DNA of 63,986 nt, filler included, from Lenisia limosa (GCA_001655205.1; 10 parts of 10 records of this genome joined end to end with filler, not necessarily neighbours in it), one strand, 5' to 3'. Shown: positions 11,217-23,815, numbered from the whole stretch's first letter. The notes: generated by a model from the sequence alone, not told the origin. Numbers and translations: made by a program.

Positions 11217-14200
11217 ATGACAGAGGAGATGAAGTTAGAAGAGTTTGTGGAACTGGAAGAGTTCGACAATGATGGTATGGGCCCTGGTTCTGGAGAGCAA
11301 AATGCAAGAAATGATGCAAAAGAGGAATATGAAAATGAAATATGTGTTTCGGAAGTCAGTGCTGCTATGTCCTCGCTCCTAGACAGGCGAAGGTCGCTTC
11401 TCGGCTTTCTCTCTGCAATATACGCTTTTACATCGTATGATGGTGTCATTTTTCCCTTTTCCGACGACATTACTCCTTTCCCTAACCCTACAGGTTGCTT
11501 TTTGTCAACTCTATTTCGGGAAGTTATTTGAGTTCTCTTGCTGACGTCAGAAGCAATTTTTTTGCTCTGTATTCCCTGCTTATTTTTGTTCCATCAATCT
11601 TCACAAGCTGGAGGTTAACCCGAATTGAACATGGTCTGGAGCTGAACGGTAAGGCAGGTTGTTGTCGTGACATACGCAGGCTACCTTCTCAAGCGGATGG
11701 CTCAGCCCTTGGGGCAGAAACACGACTGGTGGTCTTCCGTATCTGGTTGGTTGCATAAAACCTAGTAATGCTAGCATTTATATTGTCCATTGCATGATTT
11801 AGACCACCACTTTACAATGCTCAAGGAGGATTGATATTCTTCAATGTCTCGGTAGTGGCGTTCTCAGCGTCTTGTCTTTTCTTTGTGAGTCTCAACGTCG
11901 GCATGGCCATCACCGTCACAGCCTCAACAGGTAACACCATTGTTCCTTGTTTGTCATCTCTAGTTCTCTTCTTGTTGACAGTGTTCCTCTATATTCGGTT
12001 CCGACGGACTGGCCAGTTATCAGGCCGACGGATATTCAACAGGTGGGTCATTTATGATATCTTCCTTGGGCTTCTGCTCTTGTTCCCCTTCAGTAATATG
12101 AATATTTGTTGTTTTGATTGTGTCGTTGGCATGAATGGGGAGATAGTGCATCTTGATTTGTGTTGATATTCCAGGGTAGGTGTAGCGGAGCAGGACCTTG
12201 AAGCGGACGTGTACGACCATCACAAAGACCATGCCGACGCTTTGGTGGGGATAGTTCAGTTTTTGATTAACTTGGAGCATAACCTATGATTTGTTAACAC
12301 GAACTCAGTTCAATTTGTGAAAATTGCCAATAAATTAAATCAATGCAATCAATCAATTTCCCAATTATTTTTACCTAACTACTTAATATTTAAATTAATT
12401 GATCCAAATTACAATAATTGAAATTAAAAGCCAATTTATTAATTAATTGGCCGGTCTTCCCTTAATTTGTGCAAAGATGTTTCTCATCTCCCAGGAAGGG
12501 GATATGTACAGCCTCTCAATGTTCTCCTTTTTGGTTATATTTGCTGGTCACTCCGCCCTTGCCGGTGTCGCTTCAAATGACGAGAGTTTTTCGTAGGCAT
12601 TTCCTGATTTGCGTATTGGATGGCTACTTACCAAGCAGAGAGGAGGTCAACAAGAACTTGGACCTGTACGCTGTCAAAGTCTATTCCGGAATCATGCTGC
12701 TCACCTCCCTCCTTGGAGTTTTTGCTCAGGTTGGCTGCTCGTCTAATAATTGAATTGCTTGGTATAGCACCACAAACTGAAACAAGCGTAGTATACATAG
12801 TATGAGATGCGGTTCTTATTAATGAGGAATGAGAGAGGTTAGATGAATTATTCAGATGAAACCTTTTGTTTAGATACCCGTGTCAACTTTTGATTTAACA
12901 TCTTAACAAGCCCAGGCTAGCACGCGCTACTGGGTTCGCAAGAACAGGTCGTATTTGACAGCAGAAGACAATGAACTTGGTGGCAAGAGCATGTTTGTCA
13001 ACAGTAGGCTGGAGTAGCAATTTTTGGACAGCCCTTCAATCCGGTGAAAGCCTTATTTTGTTGTCTCTCCTCTTTGCTCATGCTGTGCAGTGATGTCCCT
13101 TCTCTTTGTTCCCGTTTTGGCAGTTGGGTCCTCCTGGGTGTTCTTTCAGGCAATCCTTGATGACGCCGTAAAAATGAGGTATGTTGAATAGCAAAATGAC
13201 ACTCAAAACTTGAAACCCCGTTTCTGTAACATAGACTTACCTCTGTAGCTTGTACATGATGGGAGGGTTGGCATTTGTTGTTTTGCTCTGTGAGATCTAC
13301 ATTCTCCAGTCAACAAAGGATGAAAAAGAGTCCAAAGACACTGCTGAGGAAAAGGTGGGGTTGGGCACCTATCTGCTTCCTTCTTCTTTTCTTTCACCAG
13401 CACAGACCATCACCTATGCCCTTGCATCGGAGCGGTTCCGAGCCGCAGTGGAGGGCCGACGGGACGTTGTCAATGGCCTGGTCTTCATGTTCGCCCTGCT
13501 CTCTTTCCTCTTCGAGTTTGTTGCAGGTGGCGATTTGTCGTCAAGCTTGTCCTGGATCGGTATGTCTGCAATGTTTCGCCTCATTGCTTAGCTGACAACT
13601 TCTTTTCTCTCTACTCTGTGGCCCTATTCCTCTTGTCCACAACACAAGCGTTCAGGTTCTCATCGTACAACGCTGCAATGAACGCCTATAGTAAGCGATT
13701 AGTGACTTGAGTCTTCACCCATTAACTTTCCAGGTACACAGCTCTTCTATTGTAATGGTTTTGAACCGGCGCCAAGAAGGCCGATCAATCGGAAAGGTGT
13801 TTCCTATCTGTTGTTCTTCTTTGTTCTTAGTCTATCGTCATTCTCGTAGGCCTTTCCTGGCTATATGTCCTCATCATATGATTTCTCTCATCTATCAAAA
13901 TCCAAAGATCACAATCTGATGTGTTCATTTTTGATTGAGGCATCCAGCTCTGTCCTGGCCTTAGCCTCGATGAACGCTCCCATGCTGGCTATTGGCCCAA
14001 TCGGAATCCTAATCCAGGTTTGAAGGCAAAACTCGCTAAAATATAACCATTTTCTACGTTATTCCTGATCACATTTTAGTTCCTTGGAATGGTTGCCTAC
14101 GAGAAGCACCACCATCGAAGTGTTCAGAATGCCTACACCACCATCATGAAATCGAAGGAGGGCGGAGTGGTTTGTTCCTGGCTTTAGTTTCACAATATCA

Positions 14201-17200
14201 GGGCACATTGCGGTTTGAGATGCTTAGTGAATCTTCTATGGAAGAAAGTGACGGAGATAAAAGAGCTCATGCATGGGGTTCGGTTCAGGTATGCCGCTTT
14301 CTTTCTGTTGTTAAAGCTACTCTTTGTTTTCAGTAAAAGCAGCAACTTTTTGTTCTACCTGGGGCTGATTAAACAGGATGCAATTGCTGACCAAGACATT
14401 CTCACGTTTTCCCTTGCGCTCCTGCTCTTCACAGCTCTTCAAACTCTGAGCGCGGTTGGAGACACAGAGGTACTAGGATGGAGACTATAGTAATTATCTA
14501 TTCATCTATTGAGCTTTGTGGTATACCTGGTAATAGCGATGATTTCACTATTTTTGGACCGAAGTGAAGGCTAGTATATGATAGACATAATATCAGATCA
14601 TATGTATGTACATGTACATGTGTATATATATTATTACACTTGGTTTGCTTCTCTGATTCCCCCTCTTCAGACATTCTCGGAGAAAGCCACCGAAATGCTG
14701 AACGATCATGGATCGTCACTCTTCGGATTGAGTCTCTTCTGTCTCTCTGTTCTTTGTGCTGTAATGCATGTCAGGTGAGCAGCCTGGAGTGGCACTTTAA
14801 CATAGATTGTCAGCTCCAGCTTCCTCTTGTCCATTTTTTGGGCGCTGTTTACGGTTTTAGACTGAGTGGTGCTATTGCATCGAACTCCTTCAGTGTTAAC
14901 AAAGCGGATATCGCGGCCAAGCCCTGGGAAATCACGGACTCGTATGTTGGAATGCCAACCTCACCTTGACTTTTAGGAATCTCTCCTTCCTCCAGCTCTC
15001 CTTTTACGGCGGGCTGTCTCTCTTTATCTTGCTATTCCCATTTATTGGTTATTGGGCTGCGGCCGTGTCGGCTATTGCTTTTGTTGCGCTTGTTCTCTAT
15101 GTGAGGAGGGCTTGTGGATGTCATTTTTGGACAACTTGGGCAGCTGTTACTTCCTCAAATGATACTGCAGTTCTGGTTTATCACACTGAATCCGAATATC
15201 AGAAGTGTATCTGTATATTTTATGATATGATATGGATACCCCCGTTTATTATTATGAAGCTTTCACACTGTAGCAACAAAAAAGTCTGTCAGGCATCCGA
15301 AACACATTTGTTGAGAAACAATGGAAGTTCAAGGAAGAAAAGGTAGGTTCCTCTGCATTTGCCTTGCAAACTGACAATAATCAGATTCAGATTTGAAGAG
15401 AAAGATAGAATCCACCATCATCATATAATCCTATATTTCTCACTGCTCTAGAGTGAACAATGGGCACAGGGTGAGTTTGCCTCATACAGCGAATTTTCCG
15501 AAGAGTTCTGCAATGTTATTTCGAGGAGAAGGGAGCAAGTGGGAGGGGACCTGAAGAATTTTCTAAACCTACCATTGGTTTACCATTTACTATTTAGGTC
15601 GATTTTCTTGGAGGTATTCTGGCCTTTTCTGGCATTTTGCTTGTCAATGTTGCTGATAACAAAATCGTGTCCTCTCTCTCAGGTAAAGAGTGATTGTTAT
15701 TTACGGCCCTAGATTTGGCTTCGGAATTCTTCGCCTTTTATGCTTTCACGCTTTTCGTTCCTCTTTTCTTCCAGGCTCTGAGGTAGGTTATCACCTTTGT
15801 TTTCCTGTTAAACCGGCCAGGTTTGCCCGTATGGAGTATGGTACGAGTTTCAACGGGGTCCTTCTCTTCCAGGTTAGTTCTCCTGACTTTTTGCCCTCCA
15901 CACTCAAAACAAAAAAAACTCTTTTGTAGTTTCCCATCTAGTAATCGGTTCTGCCAGCACTAGGACCGGCCGAACTAGCTGGGAGCTCGGAATTTTCCAA
16001 GCCAAACAATGCCTGATTTAGCCTGTATCCCTAGCCATAATGAGAAGATGTATAGAACGCCAGCTAGCAGAGTATACAACTGATTTTTTGAAGAAATCTT
16101 AAATCCACATTCCGATCTCCCAAGATTTCAAAAGTACCGTCGGTTAACCCTTGTCCTAACAGAACCCATTGTAATCTCCACTTCTTTGTTTTGAAACGTT
16201 TCACTTTTAGACAGATTTTCCAAGTATTCCTGTTTACCCCCCCCCCCNNNNNNNNNNNNNNNNNNNNNNNNNNNNNNNNNNNNNNNNNNNNNNNNNNNNN
16301 NNNNNNNNNNNNNNNNNNNNNNNNNNNNNNNNNNNNNNNNNTCCAATCAACAAAATTGGTGTTTCCTTCCTGCTCACTGTCACTGTAAGACAGTTGCTTG
16401 CCTGTGACCCTTTTAGTCCAACATTGTTCTTGCAACCACCTTGATTCTGTTCCTAGCCACAACCGGGCTTGCTGTCTTCATCCCTGTCTCTCTTGTTGTG
16501 GTATGCAAGTCTCTCTTGTTAGACATTATTTTATTGTCCAACTACCTGGGGCCTTTTCAAAATGCAACGACATATTGTATATCTGACTTCCCCTTCAGGT
16601 TCTGTCGTTCAATTTCTTGTGGTTTAGAAAGGCCCACCGCACTGGGTATCGCGCAGGCATGGAGCGTTTGCGAAGGTCCGTGCCATGAATTTATTGTTGA
16701 ATTCCTTAATTAGGCTTGACTAAAGGGGTTCACCATTTAGGCTTGCGGCTAATGCTGAACCCGTGGATTCCAGTGACACTCGTAACCACAATATCGCTAG
16801 TCTTGATGTGAGGGAGGGGGGGGGTTCTGGATTGTTTCATTCTTCCCATTTCTTTGATAACACTTCAGGATTGTCAACAAGATATGGACTCGATTCTCGG
16901 CCTTCTTTCCCTTGTCATTCTCTCCTGCCTCGAAATCCTCTTCAGTGTGGGTGAAGAGGCGATTTTTAACGACCAAACAAAGGAAATGCTTGATGACTAC
17001 GGACCTCTTGGGTGAGTGGTTGAAATTCAACATTGCAGTTGCGGCACTTTCAATACTGACAGGTTCAGATATGGAGCGTTAATGTTTGTTGTGGCGATAA
17101 TTTGTCTTCAAATGATGAGAGGCTTGGCCTTGAGAGTGCCAGACTTCTCGTTCAAGGTATGGCAACATAGGATATAGACAAAATTCTTTGGGATAACCCA

Positions 17201-18079
17201 ATACAAACTCCCAGCAAGAAGGGATTTGACTGTGGTAGATTGACAGTGACGACATCGGCGCCTGGCCATTCGCACTAACGGACACGAACTTGGCCTACGC
17301 CACGGCCGCGTTCATGGCTGGTATTGCGTTCTACTTTGCCGGCTACAACCTTCTCAATGTTGGCAGCGTTGAGCTATGGAGGGTATTTACAAATTTAAAT
17401 TTCAATCTCAGCTTTTTTACCCTTTTTCAGACTGGAGTGTTGATTATCATTTCGTCGATTTGTGGTCTCTTGGTAGTTATCCAGTACCAATTCCCTCTTG
17501 TGTCCTTGCGGCAGTCTCTTTTGAAGAAGGTTTGTGCATGTTCACTGATTCGATTCCCAAAATGGCCATTTCTAAAGTGTACTACATGAGACGCTATTTA
17601 TACAACAGAATTCATATAAATGGCTTATAACAAATCAGACACTTTAAGTCTTAAGTTGCTGACAACAGTAACAACTCTTTTCACCCTTCAGGTTAATGCT
17701 CGCGACGGGGTTGACTCCCCAGGCAAAATTGCCAGTATCTTCACCAACCATCATCCTTCCGAAGCAATTAACCTTTCTAAACAGCGAACGTAGCTGTGTT
17801 CTATGTGATGATTTGGGGGGGGGGGGGGNNNNNNNNNNNNNNNNNNNNNNNNNNNNNNNNNNNNNNNNNNNNNNNNNNNNNNNNNNNNNNNNNNNNNNNN
17901 NNNNNNNNNNNNNNNNNNNNNNNNNNNNNNNNNNNNNNNNNNNNNNNNNNNNNNNNNNNNNNNNNNNNNNNNNNNNNNNNNNNNNNNNNNNNNNNNNNNN
18001 NNNNNNNNNNNNNNNNNNNNNNNNNNNNNNNNNNNNNNNNNNTTGGCGTCTTGGTTACGTCTTGGGTGGTGACTGGTGA
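11217..18079 (+). CDS. Large multi-exon polytopic membrane protein of unknown family
   Basis: ATG with acidic N-terminus (MTEEMKLEEFVELEEFDND), then many short GT-AG-bounded exons with hydrophobic segments (LLGFLSAIYAFTSLLFV; VYSGIMLLTSLLGVF; GLVFMFALLSFLFEFV; AFMAGIAFYFAGYNLL; GVLIIISSICGLLVVI). Probable last codons WRLGYVLGGDW*. Exon phases are only partly resolved and this could be more than one gene. Confidence 0.65.
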
Positions 18080-18306
18080 TTAAGTGTTTGGGTATCATCA
18101 GTAAATGTCAAAAACAGGAAATTGATTGTAGCGATCTCATCGATCCCCAATTTTTTGGTTGTTTTCTTGCATTTTTTTTTTCTTTTTTTTTTCTCCCTCT
18201 CCTGCAAAAATAATACTAATAATAATAAATAATAAGTAAATTAATGAAGTTAGATAGGCTTCAGTAACTCCCAGTTTAAAACTTTGCCTGTTAGGAGGCT
18301 TCCCCC

Positions 18307-19587
18307 ATGTCTTCTGAACCACTTCTTAATCAAAATAAGAAAGAAAAGGGAAAATGGGAGAGGTTTGTCGATGCTGTCTTGCTTCGACCTGCAAATCCAG
18401 AAGATAGGTCTATTCCAGTATGCACTGTTCTGATGTTTCCTTCGTTTACTTATCAGCCTGCCGCAGACTTCATCAAAGATGGAGTTTATAATCGCTATCT
18501 AACAGCTGCCATCCTTCTTTATGCCTTTATTTACTCAGCATATGGTAGGAATGGATTTCAATTCATGACATTCAAACGTATTGGGGGAATCCCTCACATC
18601 ACCCCCTCACGTCCAACTCGTAGTGTTCCTCCCGCACTACATTTTCGATCCAGATGTCCTCAAGGGTGACACTGGGCAGTTGTCAATGGTTAGGAATCTT
18701 CACTATCAATCTCTTTGATTGCAATATGTCAACACGACAGACTTATTTGGTATCCAGATGGTCCTCGCATCCTCTCCAAACCTTGAAGTGTTTCACTTCC
18801 GCGACCGCATCCTCACGGGCAGCATCCCGGTATCGGTTGCTGGGAACAACAATGCCTACCATTACCTCCCCTAACCCTCAACTCGTGAAAGGAGATTAGT
18901 GGTGACTGCTTTGGTTGTGCTTTGTTTCAGAGATACATCTCAAGAGAAGTGTGGTTTATAGGTAGCAGTTGTTACCAGGTAGTCATTTTGAAATGATAAA
19001 CAACATGGATATCCTGGACAAGGGTAGTTGCACCCTTCTAACGGATGTAACTGAAATCGGCTGTGAGTTCTATTGTCAGTGATAAAGCTTCTTTGTTTAA
19101 ACATACAACTGAGTTGATGTCGGCCTTTTTTGTTTCATACAGTTTCCCATTTTACTCCCCCCCAGGTCTGGGCCCTTAACAGTGAAAGCTACGGCGCTGA
19201 CAACATCGAACTAGAAGTGGTCTTCACTCTGATTGGCGGACCCACAGCAAACGCCATTCTCTGCCAGGCCCTTCCGACTGACCATCAAATGCCCTCTAAA
19301 TCTGCTACTCAATGGATTGCCGACAGCTACTGCAGCCCCACTGTGTCTGGGACTCGGGCCAAGANNNNNNNNNNNNNNNNNNNNNNNNNNNNNNNNNNNN
19401 NNNNNNNNNNNNNNNNNNNNNNNNNNNNNNNNNNNNNNNNNNNNNNNNNNNNNNNNNNNNNNNNNNNNNNTCCAACATCAATCTAAGGGCTCTATTTGGA
19501 TAATGTTCAAGAACATGAGCTCATGATTCAGCTTGCACAATTCCCGTTGCTCAGTGTCATTGATGGAGTGCCAGGGCGGTATAGGTG
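18307..19587 (+). CDS. Hypothetical protein with an N-terminal TM segment; 3' truncated by the contig end
   Basis: ATG after an AT-rich spacer (MSSEPLLNQNKKEKGKWERF), TM-like YLTAAILLYAFIYSAY, and further GT-AG exons (LASSPNLEVFHFRDRILTGSIP; VWALNSESYGADNIELEVVFTL...). No family motif recognised. Confidence 0.55.
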
Positions 19588-19687
19588 GGAATTGGAGCCC
19601 AGATCTTTGGATTTTGATGCTACCTTGGATTTATCTCTAAATCAATAATATGTATTATATACATAAAAATTATATATACATATCCCC

Positions 19688-19787
19688 NNNNNNNNNNNNN
19701 NNNNNNNNNNNNNNNNNNNNNNNNNNNNNNNTTAATTAATTAANNNNNNNNNNNNNNNNNNNNNNNNNNNNNNNNNNNNNNNNNNNN
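19688..19787. other. Artificial 100-nt join: N44-TTAATTAATTAA-N44 (six-frame stop linker)
   Basis: The identical 12-mer sits between 44-N blocks at 19732, 22772, 24010, 25698, 27096, 55110, 56433, 59742 and 62831. Confidence 0.95.
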
Positions 19788-20228
19788 GGGGGGGGGGGTT
19801 GATGAGCGTTACATTACATTAGTTTGATGAGCGTTACATTAGGGGAAATGAGATAGTTACATTAGGGATGGGATAGGGATAATGTGGGTCCTATCTTGGG
19901 TTTCACTTCGGTTCGAAAAAAGAGATTACCATATTTTCTTTGACCGTTGTAGGTAATTGTGGGGGGAACAGAGCTTGTGGGAAGCCAGAACTTCGACGTG
20001 GTTGCTCCTTGGAGATCTCTTAGTCTTGGTGGGAGTGGGGGGAGGTACGAGTATTTCTTTTTTATTATTATTATTCTTTTTTTGGGTTGGGGGAGTGGAG
20101 ATCTCTCAGTCTTGGTGAGGGGGTTCCACTAGCACAGTTCCTTACGCTCACCCCACGCTCTATGATATTAGTAGGGCTTCCCTACGCTCCAAAAGTCTTT
20201 TGCCCCCACCCTCTTCTCACTCCATAGG

Positions 20229-22709
20229 CACGGTTGTCAGCGGCCTCACTACTCCCATTGAAATCACGATCACCCACCCCGAGCAAGCAAGCACCGACAT
20301 TATGAGGAGAAAGTGCTACTATTTTGACGCGACGTCGCAGTCGTATAAAACTGATGGTTAGCAGTTGGTATTGCGAGTGGGGGTAGTAGATAAAAGTAAT
20401 TGGGAAGACAATCCGTTAAGAATAGATGCAAGTTATATGATACAACAAAGTGTAGGCACATGTGACTTAATATTAGTATATCATAATATAATTCATTATC
20501 TCTAAAGCGTGATGGTGTAGACGGCTTTGGCCAGATACATACCTTATTTTGAAATTTCTCATTGCTATAATACATTGCAGTATTTATACTATGTATTTTA
20601 CTCTGTAGCTATCATATGGCTATCACCTACTTCTATTTCCCGATAATGTCTTAGGATGCCTGGCTATTTCGACTACTGCCACAACGACCGTTTGTTCAGT
20701 AGGAGGTGTTATCAACCCTCGTGTGTTGCTAGCCAACATATTTGATTTTGGGTTTTTTGTCTCATAAATTATCAAATTTAACTCCCCCCTCAGTGCAACC
20801 ATCTTACGTCCTTCACGGTGGCTTCTTCCGACCCCAAAGACGACGTTCCCGAAGTGAATACTGTTGACCCCACTACCCCGCCTGGCTCTCTTGATGTTGG
20901 TAACCCATATAATATGTACACTGACTGACCTCATTTGTCAATCGTGTCAGGACTCACTCAGTGTACATGGTATCATATTCAGAGTCTATTATCCTATTTA
21001 CACTCGTGATATTGTGGCATCGTACATTGTTCCCCATGTTTCCGCTAACATTCATTGTAAATCATTCTGACGTGCATTGACTTATATAGGACTTCACGAC
21101 GCTGGGAGCAGTTTGCTGTGGATGGCTATTCTTCCTGTTCATCCTCCCCTTCATGCTTAAGGTTGGATTCTCTGCATAATTGGTATTTTTTTCGTTTCTG
21201 TCACTTGAATTAATATGATACTATTATCCAATATCTCTTATAAGCGTGATGGTATGGACGTCTTTGGCCAGAAATACTATATGAATATAGTATGATCTAG
21301 TATATGATATAATATAGTATATGATATATATTATGTATTATGTATTATATTGAATTGACTAATCCTACGCAGGGAGATCGTCAGCACCTTCGTCTGTTCT
21401 TCATTTTGAGAATGGAAGTACAGAGCTTAAGGGCTCAAGCAGGTACGCGTTACTAGGGATTTGAAAAAGCTCCTCACCCCCACCCCCCGTACGTTGGATG
21501 GAGTGATGGAATGCGGCGCTGCAGAAGAGACTGGCCTGGGCTTTGTTTGTTTTGTTATTGTCAACCCTCGTGTGTTGTTAGCCAAGAGAGTTGATTTTGG
21601 GCTTTTTTTTTGTTTCATAAATTTTCCAATTTACTACCGGCTCCCAACCCAACAACAATGTTGATTTTGGGATTGCTTGTTTTATAATTTTCTAATTTAC
21701 CCCCCCCCCCCAGNNNNNNNNNNNNNNNNNNNNNNNNNNNNNNNNNNNNNNNNNNNNNNNNNNNNNNNNNNNNNNNNNNNNNNNNNNNNNNNNNNNNNNN
21801 NNNNNNNNNNNNNNNNNNNNNNNNNNNNNNNNNNNNNNNNNNNNNNNNNNNNNNNNNNNNNNNNNTGGGGGGTGATCTGTTCGAGGTTGGTAATCAGTAC
21901 TATGGTGTGGTGCTTGTTTGTTATTTTTTGTTGTTGCTGTTTGGAGATAAAGCGGTCGGACATTTTCAATTACAACATCTAACCTTTCTTAGACACCCCA
22001 AGCTAGTAGCCTTGAGAATCTTCAGCCAAACCAGGTATGATGAGAGGGGTTCGGCCTAATACAAGCCAGTTTTGAACATTCTCATTCCATTTTGACATCT
22101 GACAACCCTTAATATCCAGGGCGAAAATGAGGATCGACCACAGTCCTTTGGAAAGCGCCTTGCAAACCGCCTCAGGTGCGGGGGGGTGGGGAGGCTATCG
22201 TCATACTAAAAACTAATCAGCTCAAGCTATTGTCCTACTAACTAATCAGCTCAAACTATTGTACTAAAAACTAATTCCACCCAGGTTCCGTCACAGCTGG
22301 GTGTCAGTATTCTTCAGAGAGAAGGAAAGTAGCCTCACAAAGACCCAAGTAAGGGCCCTGCTTCTTCTCCACCTCTCATTTACTGAAACAAGCTCCAGTT
22401 GTTTGTGGCCTGTTCCTTATTTGCTTCTCAACCATTTTTCATACATGTCAAATGCTTTAAGCAATATTTATCAAAATCCCCTTTGTCTGATACTCTCATC
22501 ATTTAAGTTCATGATTATGCTCATCCTCATCGTTTTAGCGTCTGATCATGCTCCATCTTATCCTGCAATTGACGCTGGTGGCCAACGCTGCCGTCTATGA
22601 CACGGACGGTGACAACGCCAAAACGATTGTTTCGATGTTGATCACCGGTGCTATGATGTCGGTAGTGGTCGTGCCGATTCCGCTAGTCCTTTCGTTCATC
22701 TGCAAGAGA
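20229..22709 (+). CDS. Polycystin-1/REJ-like protein fragment with GAIN/GPS motif and TM segments
   Basis: Exons 20229-20356, 20655-20698 and 20794-20899 splice to VSGLTTPIEITI...KCYYFDATSQSYKTDGCLAISTTATTTVCSCNHLTSFTV (GPS). Then TM-like LGAVCCGWLFFLFILPFML, the PKD1-family motif RHSWVSVFFREKESSLTKTQRLIMLHLIL, and TM SMLITGAMMSVVVVPIPLVLSFICK. Both ends truncated. Confidence 0.8.
20495..20580 (+). repeat. Intronic repeat family R3
   Basis: Core atctcttataagcgtgatggtgtggacggctttggccaga; other copies at 21205-21272 (+), 25066-25190 (mixed), 50795-50819 and 50935-51095 (-), 52070-52205 (-), 52925-53020 (-). Confidence 0.8.
20706..20793 (+). repeat. Intron-3'-end repeat (family R2) making up most of a 95-nt intron
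   Basis: ttatcaaccctcgtgtgttgctagccaac...ttgattttggg...tcataaatt...actcccccctcag, ending at the acceptor of the CNHLTSF exon. Confidence 0.75.
21508..21713 (+). repeat. Family R2 copy plus a partial duplicate running into a poly-C/CAG acceptor
   Basis: atgcggcgctgcagaagagactggcctgggctttgtttgttttg...gttgattttgggcttttt...tttcataaattttccaatttac. Confidence 0.8.
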
Positions 22710-23720
22710 GTGCGGGGGGGGGGGGGGNNNNNNNNNNNNNNNNNNNNNNNNNNNNNNNNNNNNNNNNNNNNTTAATTAATTAANNNNNNNNNNNNNNNNN
22801 NNNNNNNNNNNNNNNNNNNNNNNNNNNCAGAGGGTGAAGAACAACAAAACAAACAAAGACCAGGCCACTCGGGGGTAAAACGAGGAAATGACGAGGGGGG
22901 CGGAGTATCAAAGAACTTTTTTTAAAAAATAAAGTCTCAATTGAACCTAGGATCTTAAAGACAGTCTCTATTGAAACTAGGAGCATGGAGGAAAAGTCTC
23001 CACTGTTGAAAAAAAGAAAGAATATTGAATGCAGAAGTGTGTTTAATGATAGTTTTATTTCAGTAAAAGAGGAACGTAAACAACGACAGCAAAGAATGAG
23101 TATTCAATTGTAATATCGTAATAGGTTAAGAGACTAGTTCAGTTCATCGGATATTTGATTCACAAAATAAAATTACAAATCCTCTTTTAAAATTGTGGAG
23201 CCCACCCTCCTCATCCCAGGTTAATTCCTAACTGGGCTCTTTATGTTTCAATATACAATAGGGCTCCATGAAGGGTAGGTGTTCTGGGGTTTTCAAGCCC
23301 CAAACACAATCGTCTGACATGGTTGTCCTCCTGACACTGCAATCCCAGTTCCCAAATATACCAGACTCGCAATCTCCATAATATTCATATGGAATAAGAA
23401 ATGGGTATTGAAAGGTTTTCTCAATCAGTCAACAAATAATCCATCCCTTACACTTTCACACACGAAAGATGATACTCCCTTACCTAAAATGTTAGAGGAC
23501 GAGAAATTTAAAGTAAGTTTCATATTTTAAGACAGTAACATGCTAGCAGTTTACATAACCTTGAACAATTGTGAAATAAAAAAACAAAGCCGAGGGAGGA
23601 TGAGAATAATTGAAAAATGGACAAAAAGAAAAAAACAGACCCCAAAAAAGCAACAACAGACGTTTTTTTTTGAAAAAAAGCCACCATATGGGACAAGTCC
23701 AATAATTTGTAATCTCCATT

Positions 23721-23815
23721 GCTTCACTTCGGTTCAAAAAAAACTGTATTTCTCGATAAATCTGCGACAAATATCGATATTTTATCAGTCTTTTTCGAAC
23801 AGAAGTGAAGCCCTA
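23721..23815. mobile_element. Palindromic MITE family M1
   Basis: gcttcacttcggttcaaaaaaa...tttttcgaacagaagtgaagcccta. Confidence 0.75.

Noticed and set aside
12020-12280. Minus-strand 86-aa ORF as an N-terminal extension of the channel or a separate gene
   Set aside because: The same bases form GT-AG-bounded plus-strand exons of the membrane protein, and the channel has its own ATG at 10885.
19800-19880. Telomere-like TTAGGG motifs at a contig start
   Set aside because: Only isolated matches inside a 25-bp duplication, not a tandem array.
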